Below are positions 37,748-50,451 of a stretch of 64,000 nucleotides of DNA, one piece after another. The stretch's first letter is position 1. Every line of letters begins with the position of its first letter. The stretch is from Octopus sinensis. Its lineage: Eukaryota. Below the pieces are notes generated by a model. The model had not been told where the DNA came from. It saw nothing but the letters and a program-made list of their open reading frames with translations, and ran no database searches. The translations under genes were made by a program, and so were the position numbers. The stretch spans positions 41,230,001 to 41,294,000 of the forward strand of contig NC_043001.1 in the NCBI RefSeq assembly GCF_006345805.1. The letters are read 5' to 3'.

Positions 37748-37930
37748 ATGAAACGTGTATTGATTACTGGAGCTTCTGGCTTGCTAGGCAGAGCTGTGAT
37801 AAAAAAATTTCAGTCTGAACCAGAGAAGTGGAATGTATATGGTACAGCTTTTAAGCGGGCCACTCAGTCACTTCATAAATTAGATTTGACAGATGAAAAA
37901 GAGGTATTTAAAACAGTATCAAAGTTCAAA
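37748..37930 (+). CDS. MAT2B: MAT2B coding exon 1 (MKRVLITGASGLLGRAV...SKFK, 61 codons), Rossmann NAD(P)-binding start
   Basis: GxxGxxG motif (GASGLLG). ATG at 37748, with an in-frame TGA upstream in the same exon. Acceptor tttgttttag ends at 37671, so 37672-37747 is 5' UTR. Donor GTAAGC at 37931, phase 0. Resembles human MAT2B RVLVTGATGLLGRAV. Confidence 0.93.
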
Positions 37931-38559
37931 GTAAGCAATTTTCTTTAGATTTTTCTTCATTTTTTTTCATCTTAGAAAGTATTATCATTATTATTATCAT
38001 TATTATTATTATTATTATTTCCTATTTCTTGGATTAGATGAGAGAAAGATATGATATTGTATGCTAAAATTTGAGTTACTATAATAAGTACTAATTTGCT
38101 AGAGAGCTCTAAACACTAATGGTCCTGTTGTTTAGTTCTAGGTCAATCTCTGAAAGTAGTTCAGCCAAAACCATCTTGTTTTTTGTTTTGTAAGACAACA
38201 GAATGTGAATTTTGTCTGTTGGTTGCTATAATCACAATGTTTTGTCTATTATACCCTCTGTCCTTCTGATACCTGTCATATTCAGTAATGACCTTAGGAT
38301 TTAATACCAAAACCATTATTAAGTCTATTGGACGATGGAATTATAAATAAAAGCATGGATTAAGTATTAAGTGTAATAGTTCAGCTAGTAGTGTGAGTTC
38401 AATCACTGGGTCAGTCATGTTATACACATTCTGGTTAAAGCATAATAAATTAGTAGCAATACAAGGAGTAAAATAACTAAGAGGGAGAACATTCCCAGTA
38501 TAGACAATGTAATGTGAATAACCTACCCTCATGGATTTAATAAAGGATTTGGTTCCAAA

Positions 38560-41370
38560 TTCTGGGAATATGATAGGTTCCTAAACAAAACCAGAGGATG
38601 CAATGGTTGAATTATTGCGGTTATAACAACCAAGAGGAATTAGGATCATAAACAGTTGCTACAAAGACAAGGGAGATGCCTTAGACAGAAGTAATTAAAG
38701 GGGCATCAAATTGTTGGAGTGGGTGATGAAAGTTGCATGGAGAGTTATAGCCCAATTAATTAGGAACAAAATTAAACTAGATAAGAACAAAAGAGAAGCA
38801 CCACGGATGCTATCCAGTCATTAAGAATGAAATGTCTGATTTTGAACTAAAAGTTTATTTTACTTTATCTCAACAAAAAGCAATGCAGTTAATCAAAGTA
38901 TGCACCTAAATTATCAACACAATTTTGCCATTTTATCAGTAGCTCATTTATGCTGGCAGCGAAGAATTCTGGAGAGCAAGAGGTGATGAAATCATGAAAG
39001 GCTGTTATGGCATCTTCTTCAGATTTGAAGTTTTTTTCCTTCTAAAAAGTTGTCTAATGCCTGGAAAACATGATAGTCAGTTGGTGCAAGGTCTGGTTAA
39101 TATGGTGAATGACAGAGTACTTTCAAGTTCAGTTCTTGTAATTTGAGTAGTGTTCTTTGTGCAACATGTGGTTGAGCATTGTCTTGCAAGAAAATTGGCC
39201 TGTCTCTATTAACCAATCTTGGTTGTTTAATTGCAAGTTCGCTCATTATTTCATCCAATTGGTTGATGTATACATCTGCTGTAATTGACTTATCAGGTCT
39301 CATGAAGCTGTAATGGATGATACCAGCACTTGACCACCAAACAGACACTATCAGCTTTTTTTGGTGAATATTCTGTTTTGGGTTGTGTTTTGGCACTTCA
39401 TCTCTATCCAACCACCATGCAGAATGCTTGCTATTGTTGAAAAGAATCCATTTTTTATCACATGTAACAATACAATGCAAAAATGGTTCGCTTTTATGCC
39501 GTGACTGCAAGGAACAGCAAGTTTCAAGATGACATGTCATTTGATGCTCATTCAGTTTGTCCAACTTCTTTACCATGCTGATTTGTTTCAGATGGTCCAA
39601 TACAGTTGTAATCGAAACATCAAACCTTACTGCTAACTCACATGTAGTTTGAAATGTATCCTCTTCCACTACAGTTTCCAGCTCATCATTATCCACCTTA
39701 GTCTGGGATGAATTGGTTCCACGACGGAACTCATATTCATAAACAACATAAATTTTTTATCTATCCATGGGTTCAGAAAAATTGATTTACAAGAGAAAAC
39801 TCACAATATAATCAGACACAATGAATTGCATTTTGTATAGTGATGTAACTCTTTAATGTTTAAGACAAAGAATTGTCAGGATAAAACATTAGAGTTAACG
39901 ACTGTCAAACTTGGTGCGTAAGAAAATTGGACATGTCATTCTTAATGACCAGATATTTTTATAGTCATGCAACTGCAAGAAAAGTATTTAACTTAGAACA
40001 AGCTGTTGTACTTGACATTTGTTAATCTAGAGAAAGCCTCTGACAGAGTTCCTTGCTCTGTGATATGGTGATCTCTGAGAAAACTAGGGATAGATAAATA
40101 GCTTGTGGAAGCAGTACAGGCCATTTGAAGAGGTGCTGTTAGTAAGGTAAGAGGACAGTGATGAATTTAGTTGATAGTTAGGTGTCTACCAGCCCCCCTC
40201 CTATTCAGCATCATCCTTCAGGCCATAATGGAGGAATTTAGAACTGGAGGCCCATGCTGATGATCATGCCCTCATAGCAGAATCTGTAAGAAAACTAGAA
40301 AAGAAATTCCAGGTGTTGAAACAAAACCTGGAATTAAAGGGTCTTAAAGTAAACTTAGAAATGACCAAGTACTTAGTAAACAGGAAATTGGACAGGACCC
40401 TTCACCCTTCTGGTAAATGGTCCTGTTTGATATGAAGGAAAAGTGTGGGCAGAAATTCCATTCAGTGTACTCAGTGCAAGCTATGGACAGATTGCAGTGG
40501 AATCATAGGAAGGTTAACAGAGAAAGTAGTGTTTGTCTGTGGAAGATGTATGGGAGCTGTAATGATAACAGATACATGGGAAAGTGATTTCTTTAAATGT
40601 CCTGTTGACTTTTTGGAAGTTGTAGATAATTTTTGCTACCTAGGTGACCTAATTAAGAGGTGGAGGCTATACAGAAATTATAATTGCTAGAATAAAAATA
40701 GGATGGAGGAAGTTCAGAGTGATTTTACCTCTGTTGGCAACCAAAGGTCTCTCCGTGTGAAGGGAAGATTGTATGATGTGTGTGTACGAACTGCAATGCT
40801 GCATGGTAGTGAAATATGGGCCCTGAATGTGGAGGATATGCAAAGGCTGGAGAGGTACGAGGTTGGTATGCTCTGCTGGATGCTGATGTTTGTGCATGTG
40901 CAACAGAGCATTGATATATTGAGAGAGAGGTCGGGCATAAGTGAAATTATATGCAGTGTGCAAGAGAGACCGTGCTGGTAGTCATGTGATGTGGATGGAT
41001 GTGGACAGTTGCATAAAGAAGTGCCAATCACTTACAGTGGAGGGAAGTTGGAGAAGAGGGAGACCCAGGAAGACATGAGATGAAGTATTAAAGGTTGATC
41101 TCAAGATGCTGAACCTTACAAAGGAAATGACAGAGGGTTGAGATATGTGACACATTGCCATACTTGAGAAGATTTGCCTCCCCACAACAGAATTGATAGT
41201 GCCACATAAAAAGCACCAGTACATTCTGTAAAGTGGTTGGCATTAGGAAGGGCATCCAGCCGTAGAAACCAAGCCATAACAGACTATGGTATCTGGTACT
41301 GCCCCTGACCATGCCAGTTCCTGTCAAGCCTTCCAACCCATGCCAGCATGGAAAACAGGAGTTAAATATT
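38560..41370 (+). mobile_element. Degenerate RTE LINE in MAT2B intron 1, interrupted by a mariner
   Basis: RT and C-terminal motifs with many stops (LQEKYL, KASDRVP, GRNSIQCTQCKLW, VRTAMLHGSEIW) and a 3' UTR like the other RTE copies. Confidence 0.85.
38813..39953 (-). mobile_element. Mariner transposon (SETMAR/Mos1-like), degenerate, 1141 bp
   Basis: TIRs tccagtcattaagaatga / tcattcttaatgaccaga with TA at 38811-38812 and 39954-39955. IVTCDKKWI, VSVWWS, LQDNAQPH and HSPY*PDLAPTDY motifs. Splits the RTE motif STTDA|IF at a TA. Confidence 0.92.
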
Positions 41371-41694
41371 GATGGTGATAGGGTGTAATTTGAAGATACT
41401 TAGCTGCTATTCCCTGCAGGCTGAGCAGCAAATTAGAGGCTCCCTTATCCTAAAGTAGAGACTTTGTTGTTTGCAATGTAGACATCATTGCTGTTCATAG
41501 TGGACACTTTACACTGTTGTTTGTTGTGGAGGCTTCAGCATTTCTGATTGTAGTGGAGAGTTTACATTGTTGTTTGTTGCATGGGTTTCAACACTGCCAT
41601 TCATAGTAGGAACTGAACATTGTTGTTTGTAAAGGGGACCTTAGCACAGTTGTTTATTGTAGGGACTGCAACATTGTTTGTAATAATGACCTGT

Positions 41695-42150
41695 GATCAT
41701 CATCATCATCATTTAACATCTGTTTTCTATATTGGCATGGGTTGAATGGTTTGACAGGAGCTGTCCATACTCCAGTTGTCTGTTGTGGCATGGTTTCTAT
41801 GGTTGGATGCCCTCCCTAACACCAACCACTTTACAGAATGTGCTGGGTGCTTTTGTATGTGGTGCTGAAATGGGTGTGTTTACACAGCACCAGTATAAGT
41901 ACACTTCATGTGGCACTGGCATCTATAAAGGACATGCCTGTATGTATGTGTGGATGGCCTTGATTGTACTTAGCTTGACATGTCTTCTCAAGTACAGTAA
42001 ATCACCACATCTCCCTTCCCTTATCATTTCTTCAGTGAGGCCCAGCGTCTGAAGATCCTTTCTCACCACTTTGTTCCATGTCATCCTGGATCTACCCCTT
42101 CCACAGATTCCCTCTGATGAAATGTATTTACCTTTAAGAGCCAATGTCTG
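41695..42150 (-). mobile_element. RTE LINE 3' end fragment
   Basis: GRGRSRMTWNKVVRKDLQTLGLTEEM, RTE-type 3' UTR and (GAT)n tail at ~41697-41712 on the minus strand. Confidence 0.8.
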
Positions 42151-42481
42151 CAAACCTATATTGTTTACTATCTTCGTTATTCTTTCTGTTATTATCATTA
42201 GTATTAGTGTTTATTGCATAATATAACTGTTACACCTTAATATAGAAATGAATTCCTTAAACTGTAGAGTTTATCTGTAGGTAGCTCTCAGATTTCTATT
42301 GATTTTTCAAAACTCTGTTACTGTTTGAATTAATACCTAAAACCACTAGCTAATTACACGTAACTGATATGATAGGGAGCATAAAAACATAATATAAATA
42401 ATTTATTTTTTTTTATATTGCTAAATTTATAACAATATTGATTTATTATGAAATCAGAATTCTTGAATATTCTTATTCCAG

Positions 42482-42596
42482 CCTGATGTTATTATTCACT
42501 GTGCTGCTGAGAGACGACCTGATATTGTAGAAAATAATGAAGAAGCTTCTTATAAACTGAATGTTGAAGCCACAATAGCATTGTGTAAGGCTGCAG
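42482..42596 (+). CDS. MAT2B: MAT2B coding exon 2 ([38 protein letters not shown])
   Basis: Acceptor tcttattccag ends at 42481; donor GTATTG at 42597; 115 nt, ends phase 1. HCAAERRPD is a MAT2B-type motif. Too short for the ORF track; translated by hand. Confidence 0.93.
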
Positions 42597-43589
42597 GTAT
42601 TGACAGTTAATTTATTTTGGTTTGAAGCTTACAAATTAAAAAAAGAAATGGTTAACTTTGGTATTAGTGCAACAAATTCAAATAAGATAAACAACAGAAG
42701 CTGCAAGTTGAAGAAAGTTATTTTCATGTGATAAGTCTTGGTTATTGGAAAATGCAAAATTTATAAATATATCTTACTTTCCTTTGTCAATTTTCAGTTG
42801 AAATGACAAATTTTAGTGCTTTGTCTCATTTTGATAATGAGTTGTAGGTTATTTTGTAGTATTTCTACACACATTTATATGCATCTTTCCTTCATATGTA
42901 AACTAGCATCTGTAGTATAGCATAGTTATAATTTTTGTAGAAGTACGTTCATTCATGCACAAAATGACATCTAGTTTATAAATAAAAGAAAACTGCCTGT
43001 GAGTTTCAGTAATCTGTCATGTACGAAGTTACTTATGTTTATCTGCAACATGTAAGATTAACAATGTGAGCAGAGAAATTTTGGCATAAGTTTTGATAGG
43101 CTGTTCTTCCACAAGTATCAGACACAAAGCCCTAAAAAACAATTATTCTATGAAGCAAGTTCTTGTTATTAGTTGTCAGCTTTCATGATGTCCTGTAACA
43201 TTGTCTCGATGTGGCTCCAGTACTCCCTGTAGGTCAATGATTTAGTTGTTTGCCACTTCTATGGTGGCTCATAATTCCATGCTTCCTGTCTAGCTAAGAG
43301 GTAAAAAATGCAGAAACTGCCATAAAATGAACTGTTTTGCTAATGTTTGTCAGTTCAGATTTTTTTCCTCGTATTCCTGAGCCTGAGAATGAAATGACAT
43401 TTCCATCCAGTAACAAATCCGTCTTTACAATCAAGAACATGCATATACACATATCAAAAACCCCAACTGTTATTATTTGCAGCAATGGCACTATGGTAAC
43501 ATTCTTAGTTGATTCTGATGCCAACATCAGTAATAGAGAATAATTATGGCATCCAAGCATTGATCTCACGATAATGTGGTAGTGAGTTC

Positions 43590-43875
43590 GATTAATGGAG
43601 CGGGCTGTGCATTGTGTTCTTGAGCAAGACACTTTATTTCTCGTTGCTCCAGTTCACTCAGCTGTAGAAATGAGTTGCAGCATCACTGGTGCCAAGCTGT
43701 AGTGGTCTTTGCCTTTCCTTTGGATAACATCAGTGGCATAGAGAGTGGCATAGGTTGGTATGCATGAGCGACTGCTGGTCTCCCATAAACAAACTTGCTT
43801 GGACTTGTACCTGAGAGAGTAACTTTCTAGGTGCAATCCCATGGTTATTCATGACCAAAAGGGGTCTTTATCTTT
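43590..43875 (+). repeat. SINE-like repeat
   Basis: gttcttgagcaagacacttt...cactcagctgtagaaatgag...ctttctaggtgcaatcccatgg...gggggtcttt has a SINE-like body; family recognised from memory only. Confidence 0.55.
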
Positions 43876-44169
43876 TTACTCTATGCATGATAAACCCAGC
43901 ATGTGGAAACATTCAGCTTTCACTTATGCATATGGATCTACACAACCACTCTCAGTTTGTGAATTTTTTAAACATGGACGTTCTATACAAAGACGGTCCT
44001 GTACAAACAACATTTCACATTGTTCATTTTGCCTTTTCATCTTTCCGTAAAGCCTGACCAATCACCTTTCAGTAAGTAAGATAGGTAAAATTTCTGTGAT
44101 CATGGTCGAATTACATATTTCCATGTTTTGGAAAGATGTGGAAACAGAAAGTGCATAATTAGAACAGCT

Positions 44170-45950
44170 AGATGACATTGAAAAGATTATGGGTCCCACA
44201 CTCTTGGTGAGTCCTGTGATGGTAATGGTCCCCAAGAAAATAAGGAGTAAGAGTTTGTGAAATGTGAATGAGATTATCAGAGGGAGAAACATTCCATGCC
44301 AGTTAATGTTTCATTGCTGACCTCAACTCATCTACAGACATAAGCAGGTTGAACCTGTTAAATACATATCATTAGCTTGAACTGGCAGAATCATGTCAGT
44401 ACATAACAAAGTATACCTTGCACTGAGGGCTGTATCTATATAAAGGGCAGCTATTTGGTGTTACAGTAGCATCCAAGATCTTTCTGAAAAGCAGTTGCGG
44501 GTTTCTTCTGTCAAGAATATTCATGAGAAGAATCAGGTTATACATGAAGCAAGCTTGAAGGCAACCTTGGAATGTTTCTAGGATTCTCAATGAAATCCAA
44601 TGAAAAATGCCTGATTGCTGTCAAGAAGCTCACTTTCTGTGGTCATGTCTTCAGTGAGAAGGGAGTCTCATTTGATCCTTAAAAATTGCAGATCATCGTT
44701 AGATGTAGACTACAAAAAACCTTTGGAGTAATCTGCTCAATTAGGGGTATGGCTCAATATGTCTCTAGATTTCATCCCCACTTTGGAGCCACATGTGTCC
44801 CCCTCTGAGACCTCACAAGACAGAACATCCTCTAGAAGATGCTCTGAGGTGTAGCAGCTGGTTATTGACAAACTTAAGGAAATACTAACTAAAACAAGTT
44901 TGAGAGTCTATTTCATCTTCATGAAGAAAACATGCCATTGTTGATGCAAAAAGGTAAGATCATTGGTTACATAACCTGAGTGTTGACAGGGATGGAACAA
45001 TACTACTCCCAAACTGAAAATAAATACTGATTGTTGTGCATGCTGTCAAGTATTTTCATCTTGTTCTGGTCAAAGTTTACCATCATGTCACCACAAGCTA
45101 CTTCTAGGCATGATCAAAAGCCAGAGGCCAGCCATGACATAGAATGTTGGACAGTTTGCCTTGTACCAAATGAGTGCGGTTTACTGTATCATTCTGGTAA
45201 AAAATGATAAGAATCTGGCAGACAATGTCAGTCAACATTCCCATCATCAAACTTTGAAGAATAACACAGCAAAGAATGCAGTTCCTCAAGACATTGTCTT
45301 TAGAAGTTTGTTAGAATGGCAACACAGCAAGACTTAACTACTGAAGCTCATGCAAGTGGCAAGTTCAAAATTTTTCCAGTTTTGCTCTATTTAAAGACAA
45401 ACTGTTTCAGGTTGCATCATTCTTCATGACCATTGTTTGATGAAGATGCCAATACTACAAAAGTATGTCATCAATATTGTTCACCATGCACACTGGGGTA
45501 TCATAAAGATGATATGGTTTATATAGATTCACATTTAATTATCAGGGATTGCTAAGATGGTAGGAGAGACTTTTGGGGCTTGTATTCAAGTTTCAAGTCC
45601 TACTCCAATCCAATGTGAACTTACTAATCTTACCCATACTTCCTTCTACTCGGTGATCTTAGGCTGCTCTGGATTTCTTAGAGCTTTTCATATCAAGTGG
45701 TTGCATGCTGGACATCATTTATGAATACAGTCATTGACTAGAGGTTGAGGGGCTCTCAGCAAGACATGTGATTTCTTGTCTGAATTCTGTATTTGCATAA
45801 CGAGGTCTCCCATTTAGTTTGGATTTCACCACATGAAGTATTTTATGGGAACAATGAAAACATTCATTCATACATGTACTGCAGAAAGCCAGAACTGTAA
45901 GTTGCTGCTACTTTAGTTTCTCCACCAGTGCAGAGCAACACCCATTATAT
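44170..45950 (+). mobile_element. Highly degenerate Gypsy pol relic in MAT2B intron 2
   Basis: Fragments SPVMVMVPKK, FCGHVFSEKGVSFDP, YSQTEN and HHAHWGIIK in shifting frames. Confidence 0.5.
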
Positions 45951-46436
45951 AAAGAAAGTTCACCCTTCAAGATCCTTACTTAGAAGAAGAGGAATCCCCT
46001 GCCTCACTGTTAGGAAGCACAAACACTTACACACACATGTACACACATGACAGAAACTTTCACCTACCAAAGTCAATCACAAGGCTTTGGTTGGCCTGAA
46101 GCTATAGTAGAAGACACTTACCCAAGGTGCCATACAATGGGGCTGAAACCAAGCTTCCTAACCACACAGCCATGCCTGTGCCTACACGTTTATTTAAAAG
46201 TAGATGAACTATGTGTGTTTGTAGTCTTCCACTGAATGCATTTTAACTAAAAAGTATTCACCAGCTAACAGACACTGCTGTATCATTATTGCTAATCATG
46301 ACAAGATGACAATAGAAACAACTATTATATGATGATAACCATAAGGATATAGAACTATTGTAATAAAATCAATGCTTAACAAAAGAATGTATTTAATTTT
46401 ATATTTCTTTCTGATTTTTTTTCAAATTTTCTGTAG

Positions 46437-46589
46437 TGGAATCCTCTTCTTGGCTTTTGTATATTAGCACTGACTATGTATTTGATGGCACCAGTCCTCC
46501 ATACAACGTTACTGATGCACCAAATCCGCTGAACAAATATGGCCTTTCTAAACTGCAGGGTGAAAAAGCTGTACAGAACATTAGCTCAG
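46437..46589 (+). CDS. MAT2B: MAT2B coding exon 3 ([23 protein letters not shown]...[23 protein letters not shown])
   Basis: Acceptor ttttctgtag ends at 46436; donor GTAACT at 46590; 153 nt, phase 1 to phase 1. SDR motifs [10 protein letters not shown] and YxxxK (YGLSK). Confidence 0.94.
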
Positions 46590-46754
46590 GTAACTTTTGT
46601 TCTTTTAAATTAATGCATTGTGTTTATAAGCTAAAATTTCATCATCAGAAGTTTATATTTACTTATAATCAGTTTATTTTATCTAGATTGTGTACAATTA
46701 TAGACATGTAGATGATGTGTGTTATTTTAGTGGAATTAAGATTAACAACCTTAA

Positions 46755-48984
46755 ACAGGACCCTACTTTACAAATCCATCTTTGGACCGCCTGTTTTGGA
46801 TTTATTAAATGAGGGGTTTATTAACTGAGGGGACAAAATTCACTGATTGTTTAAACATGTGTATTTATTAAAATACATATGCGAATACATGAATAAAAAC
46901 ATTATAAATAATGTCATTGAATGAAAAATTTGTCGAGTGCTGTTTGCTTTGCTGGACACTTTGTTCGCATCTCTGCATTGATTTTTTTCCTTAAGAGTTC
47001 TAAAAAAATTCATATCACTGAAATCAAAACTTTCAAGGTCACTTTCTAATCAAAACAGATAGTGTCTCATTTCAGCTGGTGTTGGAAGCTCCAAAACTCT
47101 TTCATCAACATCAATGTTAGCATCACCATCTTCATTTCCTTCGGTTTCCTTCTCTGATTGCCGAATGTCACGAATGATCTCATCTACTTTTTCTTCTTCA
47201 GTGATGATCTCTGGAGCAACAATAGCACCATCATTTATGGACAACCAGTTCTCGAATTGCCTTTTGGTCAATCCTGTAGGTGGTGAAAACAGGATCAAAT
47301 CTTCGTTAACATCTATGGCTTCATTTGATTCTTTGGGTGACACAGAACCAGCTTTGGTCCAACAATGTTTGATTGTCTGATTAGAGACTTTCTTCTAGGT
47401 TATGCTTGATCCACTTTGCAACTTCTTGGGCAGAAATGTCATGTTTAATGTCTTTCATAACATCAATGATCTCGTGCATTTCATGCCTGGGGTAGGCTTT
47501 CAAGGTCTTCATTATCCCCATGTCACAGGGCTACAACACTGACGTGTTGGGAAGAAGACATTTTAAAGTGATATTCTTGACATCATCATCGTCTATGAGA
47601 AGAGCAATTGTCAAGTAGGACCGCCACTTGTCTTCTAGATTCCTGCAAATGACGATCCCAAGATCTGAGCCATCTTCCATGGATATTTTCTGTCATCCAA
47701 GCATTGGTTGAAAAGTCATTCTGAATCAGAAATGTGTTGACGTTTTTGAAGCATCTTGGCAAAACAGCCTTTCCGATTAAGAGCAAGTCTTCTTTCTCTC
47801 CATTCATGTTGCAAGTCACCATCAAGGTCACACAGTCCTTTGCCATTTTAAAGCCCCTCACAGTTTTGCAACTCACATAGACATATGTATTCCCTGGTAA
47901 TGCACAAAAGTAGATCCCAGTTTCATCAGCATTGTAGTTGTCCTGTGGCTGATACAATTTCAACAGAAGCTGCATGGTCATCTCATGAAATTGATGGGCC
48001 CCATTGACATCAGCTTCAACTGCAACACCTGCAAAATATGAAATGTTTAGTTTGTGTTCTTTAATGAGAAAAATGTGGACTAGCGAACTACAAAGCTTAC
48101 CTTTTAGAACCGTAAAAGTGATTCCATGTCTTTTTTGCCAATGGTAAACCAAACCTTTGGATGCCTTAAAATTGTATCCAGCAGCTTCAGCAATGGTATT
48201 GGCTTTGTGCATTAGGATCACGCTGTTGATGGGAACATTTCTCGAGCAAATAAATTTAAACCAGTCATAGAGAGCACAGTGTATTTGTTGGTCCTTTCCC
48301 TCTCGTTGGTGCTTTCTCTTTGATGAACAGCCATTGTATTCTTTGGCATGAAGGTCATCCTCATTCTTTAGCAAATTCTGAGGCAGACTTTTTGAAATTT
48401 CCAAACTCTGTGCTGTTTCCCTGCTGAATTGTTTTCCCAAGAGCTTTGTAACATTCTAACAATTGAATCTTTTCTCCCACGGATTTGTCCTGCCTCTCTC
48501 TTTTCATTTTGAACAACTTGTATGTGTGTGCCTGATGTGTTTTTTTGTTCTTAGATACTGACAGGTAGGCTCCAGCAGCCCACAACCAGCCAGCTGTCAG
48601 TGGTACACTCCATCATCCAATAAATGAGAAGGGCAAGTAATTTTGACAAGAGGGGTCCAGGAACTTACTTTTTCACTTGAATAACAGGGTTGTGTGGTAG
48701 GCTCCAGCAGCCACCACCAGCTACTACATATTTATTGATCTATTTTGGGATGATGGAGTGTACCATGTGACAGCTGGCTGGCTGTGGCTGGTGGTGGCCC
48801 ACCTGTCAGTATTTAAGAATGAAAAAAACAATACTTCATTCATTTGCTGCTGTTTGTTGACACTTTAGAAAGAAGCAGCAACAATTGGATTTACTAAGTG
48901 ATGGTTTGGATTTATTAAACGAGAGATTTTATGTGTAAAAATTCCATCCCAACCCATTTTGGATACATTAAGCAGGATCTACTG
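46755..48984 (-). mobile_element. pogo/Tigger DNA transposon in MAT2B intron 3, degenerate, with a probable 72-nt intron
   Basis: HTH (SVGEKIQLLE), CENP-B-like HTH (ALYDWF...P.N..IL..KA..IA...FKASKG), DDE_1 motifs YNADETG, NAWMT and LLDNCSSH, C-terminal KQTALDKFF. TACAGT terminus at 48986-48981. The other TIR is only weakly recognisable. Confidence 0.85.
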
Positions 48985-49410
48985 TAATCTTTTTCCAAAG
49001 CTTAGATAATAATCTAGTTTAACATACATGCAGTTGAAAAAGAATGTGCACAAGAATAATGTGTGTGAAGAGAAACAGTAAATATAAAATCTGCCATTAT
49101 ACATTCTAAACATTTTTGTTAGGATGGGTTCGATTATCGATTGGCAATGGCTGGCCTTTTTTGTTGTTAGGTTATTAGGTATTTGAAACAGAATAACTCA
49201 AACTCGTCTACTGTGCCTGGACTGTTTCCAGAAACAAGTGCCTAACTTCATGTACTCTTACCACCTCTTTACGCCACAAAAGAAAATTCTGGCATTTCAT
49301 GTCTCTCCGTGGAGAGACATGAGATGCCAGATTTTGGTTAAGTATAACCATACATATCTTTTTTTGCTTATGTTTAAAAGTCAACTTTCATGATTATTTT
49401 CCATTTGCAG

Positions 49411-49865
49411 ACTTTGCTATCTTGAGAGTTCCAATTCTTTATGGTCAAGTGGAATTCTTAGAAGAAAGTGCTGTAACAATCTTACTAAAAAGTATTTTGA
49501 ATTCTGGTGTTACTTCGCACTCTTCTCATTACGAACGACGTTACCCGACCCACTGTGATGACTTGGCTTCTCTGATTATGCTAATATCAGAAAAAAAGTG
49601 TTTCCAGCAAGAGAAAATATCTGGTGTGTTCCACTGGAGTGGGAATGATAACATGACCAAATATGATATGATGACTGCAATGGCTGACATTTTTAGTTTG
49701 GACATGTCGCATATTGTTGCTGATGATAAAAGTAACCCAAGCACAAAGCGCCCCTATAATGCTCATCTTTCTTCTGAACGTCTTGAAAATCTTGGGATTA
49801 ATGTTGACAAAACACCATTCAGAAATGGAATAAAAGATGTTCTATGTCCTTTTGTTTCATCATAG
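49411..49865 (+). CDS. MAT2B: MAT2B coding exon 4, terminal (DFAILRVPILYG...RYPTHCDD...GVFHWSGNDNMTKYDM...RPYNAHL...TPFRNGIKDVLCPFVSS*)
   Basis: Acceptor ccatttgcag ends at 49410; stop TAG at 49863-49865. Joined CDS 183+115+153+455 = 906 nt = 301 aa plus stop, in frame. C-terminus is collinear with the MAT2B pattern HWSGNEQMTKYEM...RP.NA.L...TPFR.GIK. AATAAA at ~49981 and later. Confidence 0.94.
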
Positions 49866-50451
49866 TGTGTGTGTTTGCTTCTTAAGAATTTTGGTTATAA
49901 TATTGTTTTGGTTCAATGTAGAACTTCAAAATTTAATTATTTGTTTGAACTTTATGAATTGAACGACATTAAAAACTTACAATAAATATATTTCTTATTT
50001 GAAAAGTATATTATTTTTATAATGTTAATTTTACTGTGGAAAAGGGATAATATTATTCAAACTATGAGGGTAACAAAGATGAATGAATATTATTTCAAAA
50101 ATGAAATAAAGCTTATGAAATATTTACTTTGTTGATTTTTTCCTTCAAATTTTAGGTATTATAAATTATAAAAAAGATCGAAATAAAGATTTTAAGGAAT
50201 ATGAATAAAAAGTTTTGTAAGAAATTCAGAATCTGGTGGTTGTTAGAAAATTACAGCAACATTCGTCCTAAACCAGGACTGCCATGTTATGTTGGCAAAC
50301 AGTCTTTACTCCAAAGTACTGTTGCTGAATATCTCTTGTTGTGATATTTAAAATAGTAATTTTCTAATTTATAGATCAGTGACTAGTTGTCACTTTGAAA
50401 ATGATATATTTTGAACGGGAATTTGGCAGCGCTACCTCTAGCCGAACAATT

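Noticed and set aside
37748-49865. Bacterial RmlD (dTDP-4-dehydrorhamnose reductase) or horizontal transfer
   Set aside because: MAT2B belongs to the RmlD-like fold, but this gene has three long GT-AG introns with animal transposons and MAT2B-type motifs ([18 protein letters not shown]).
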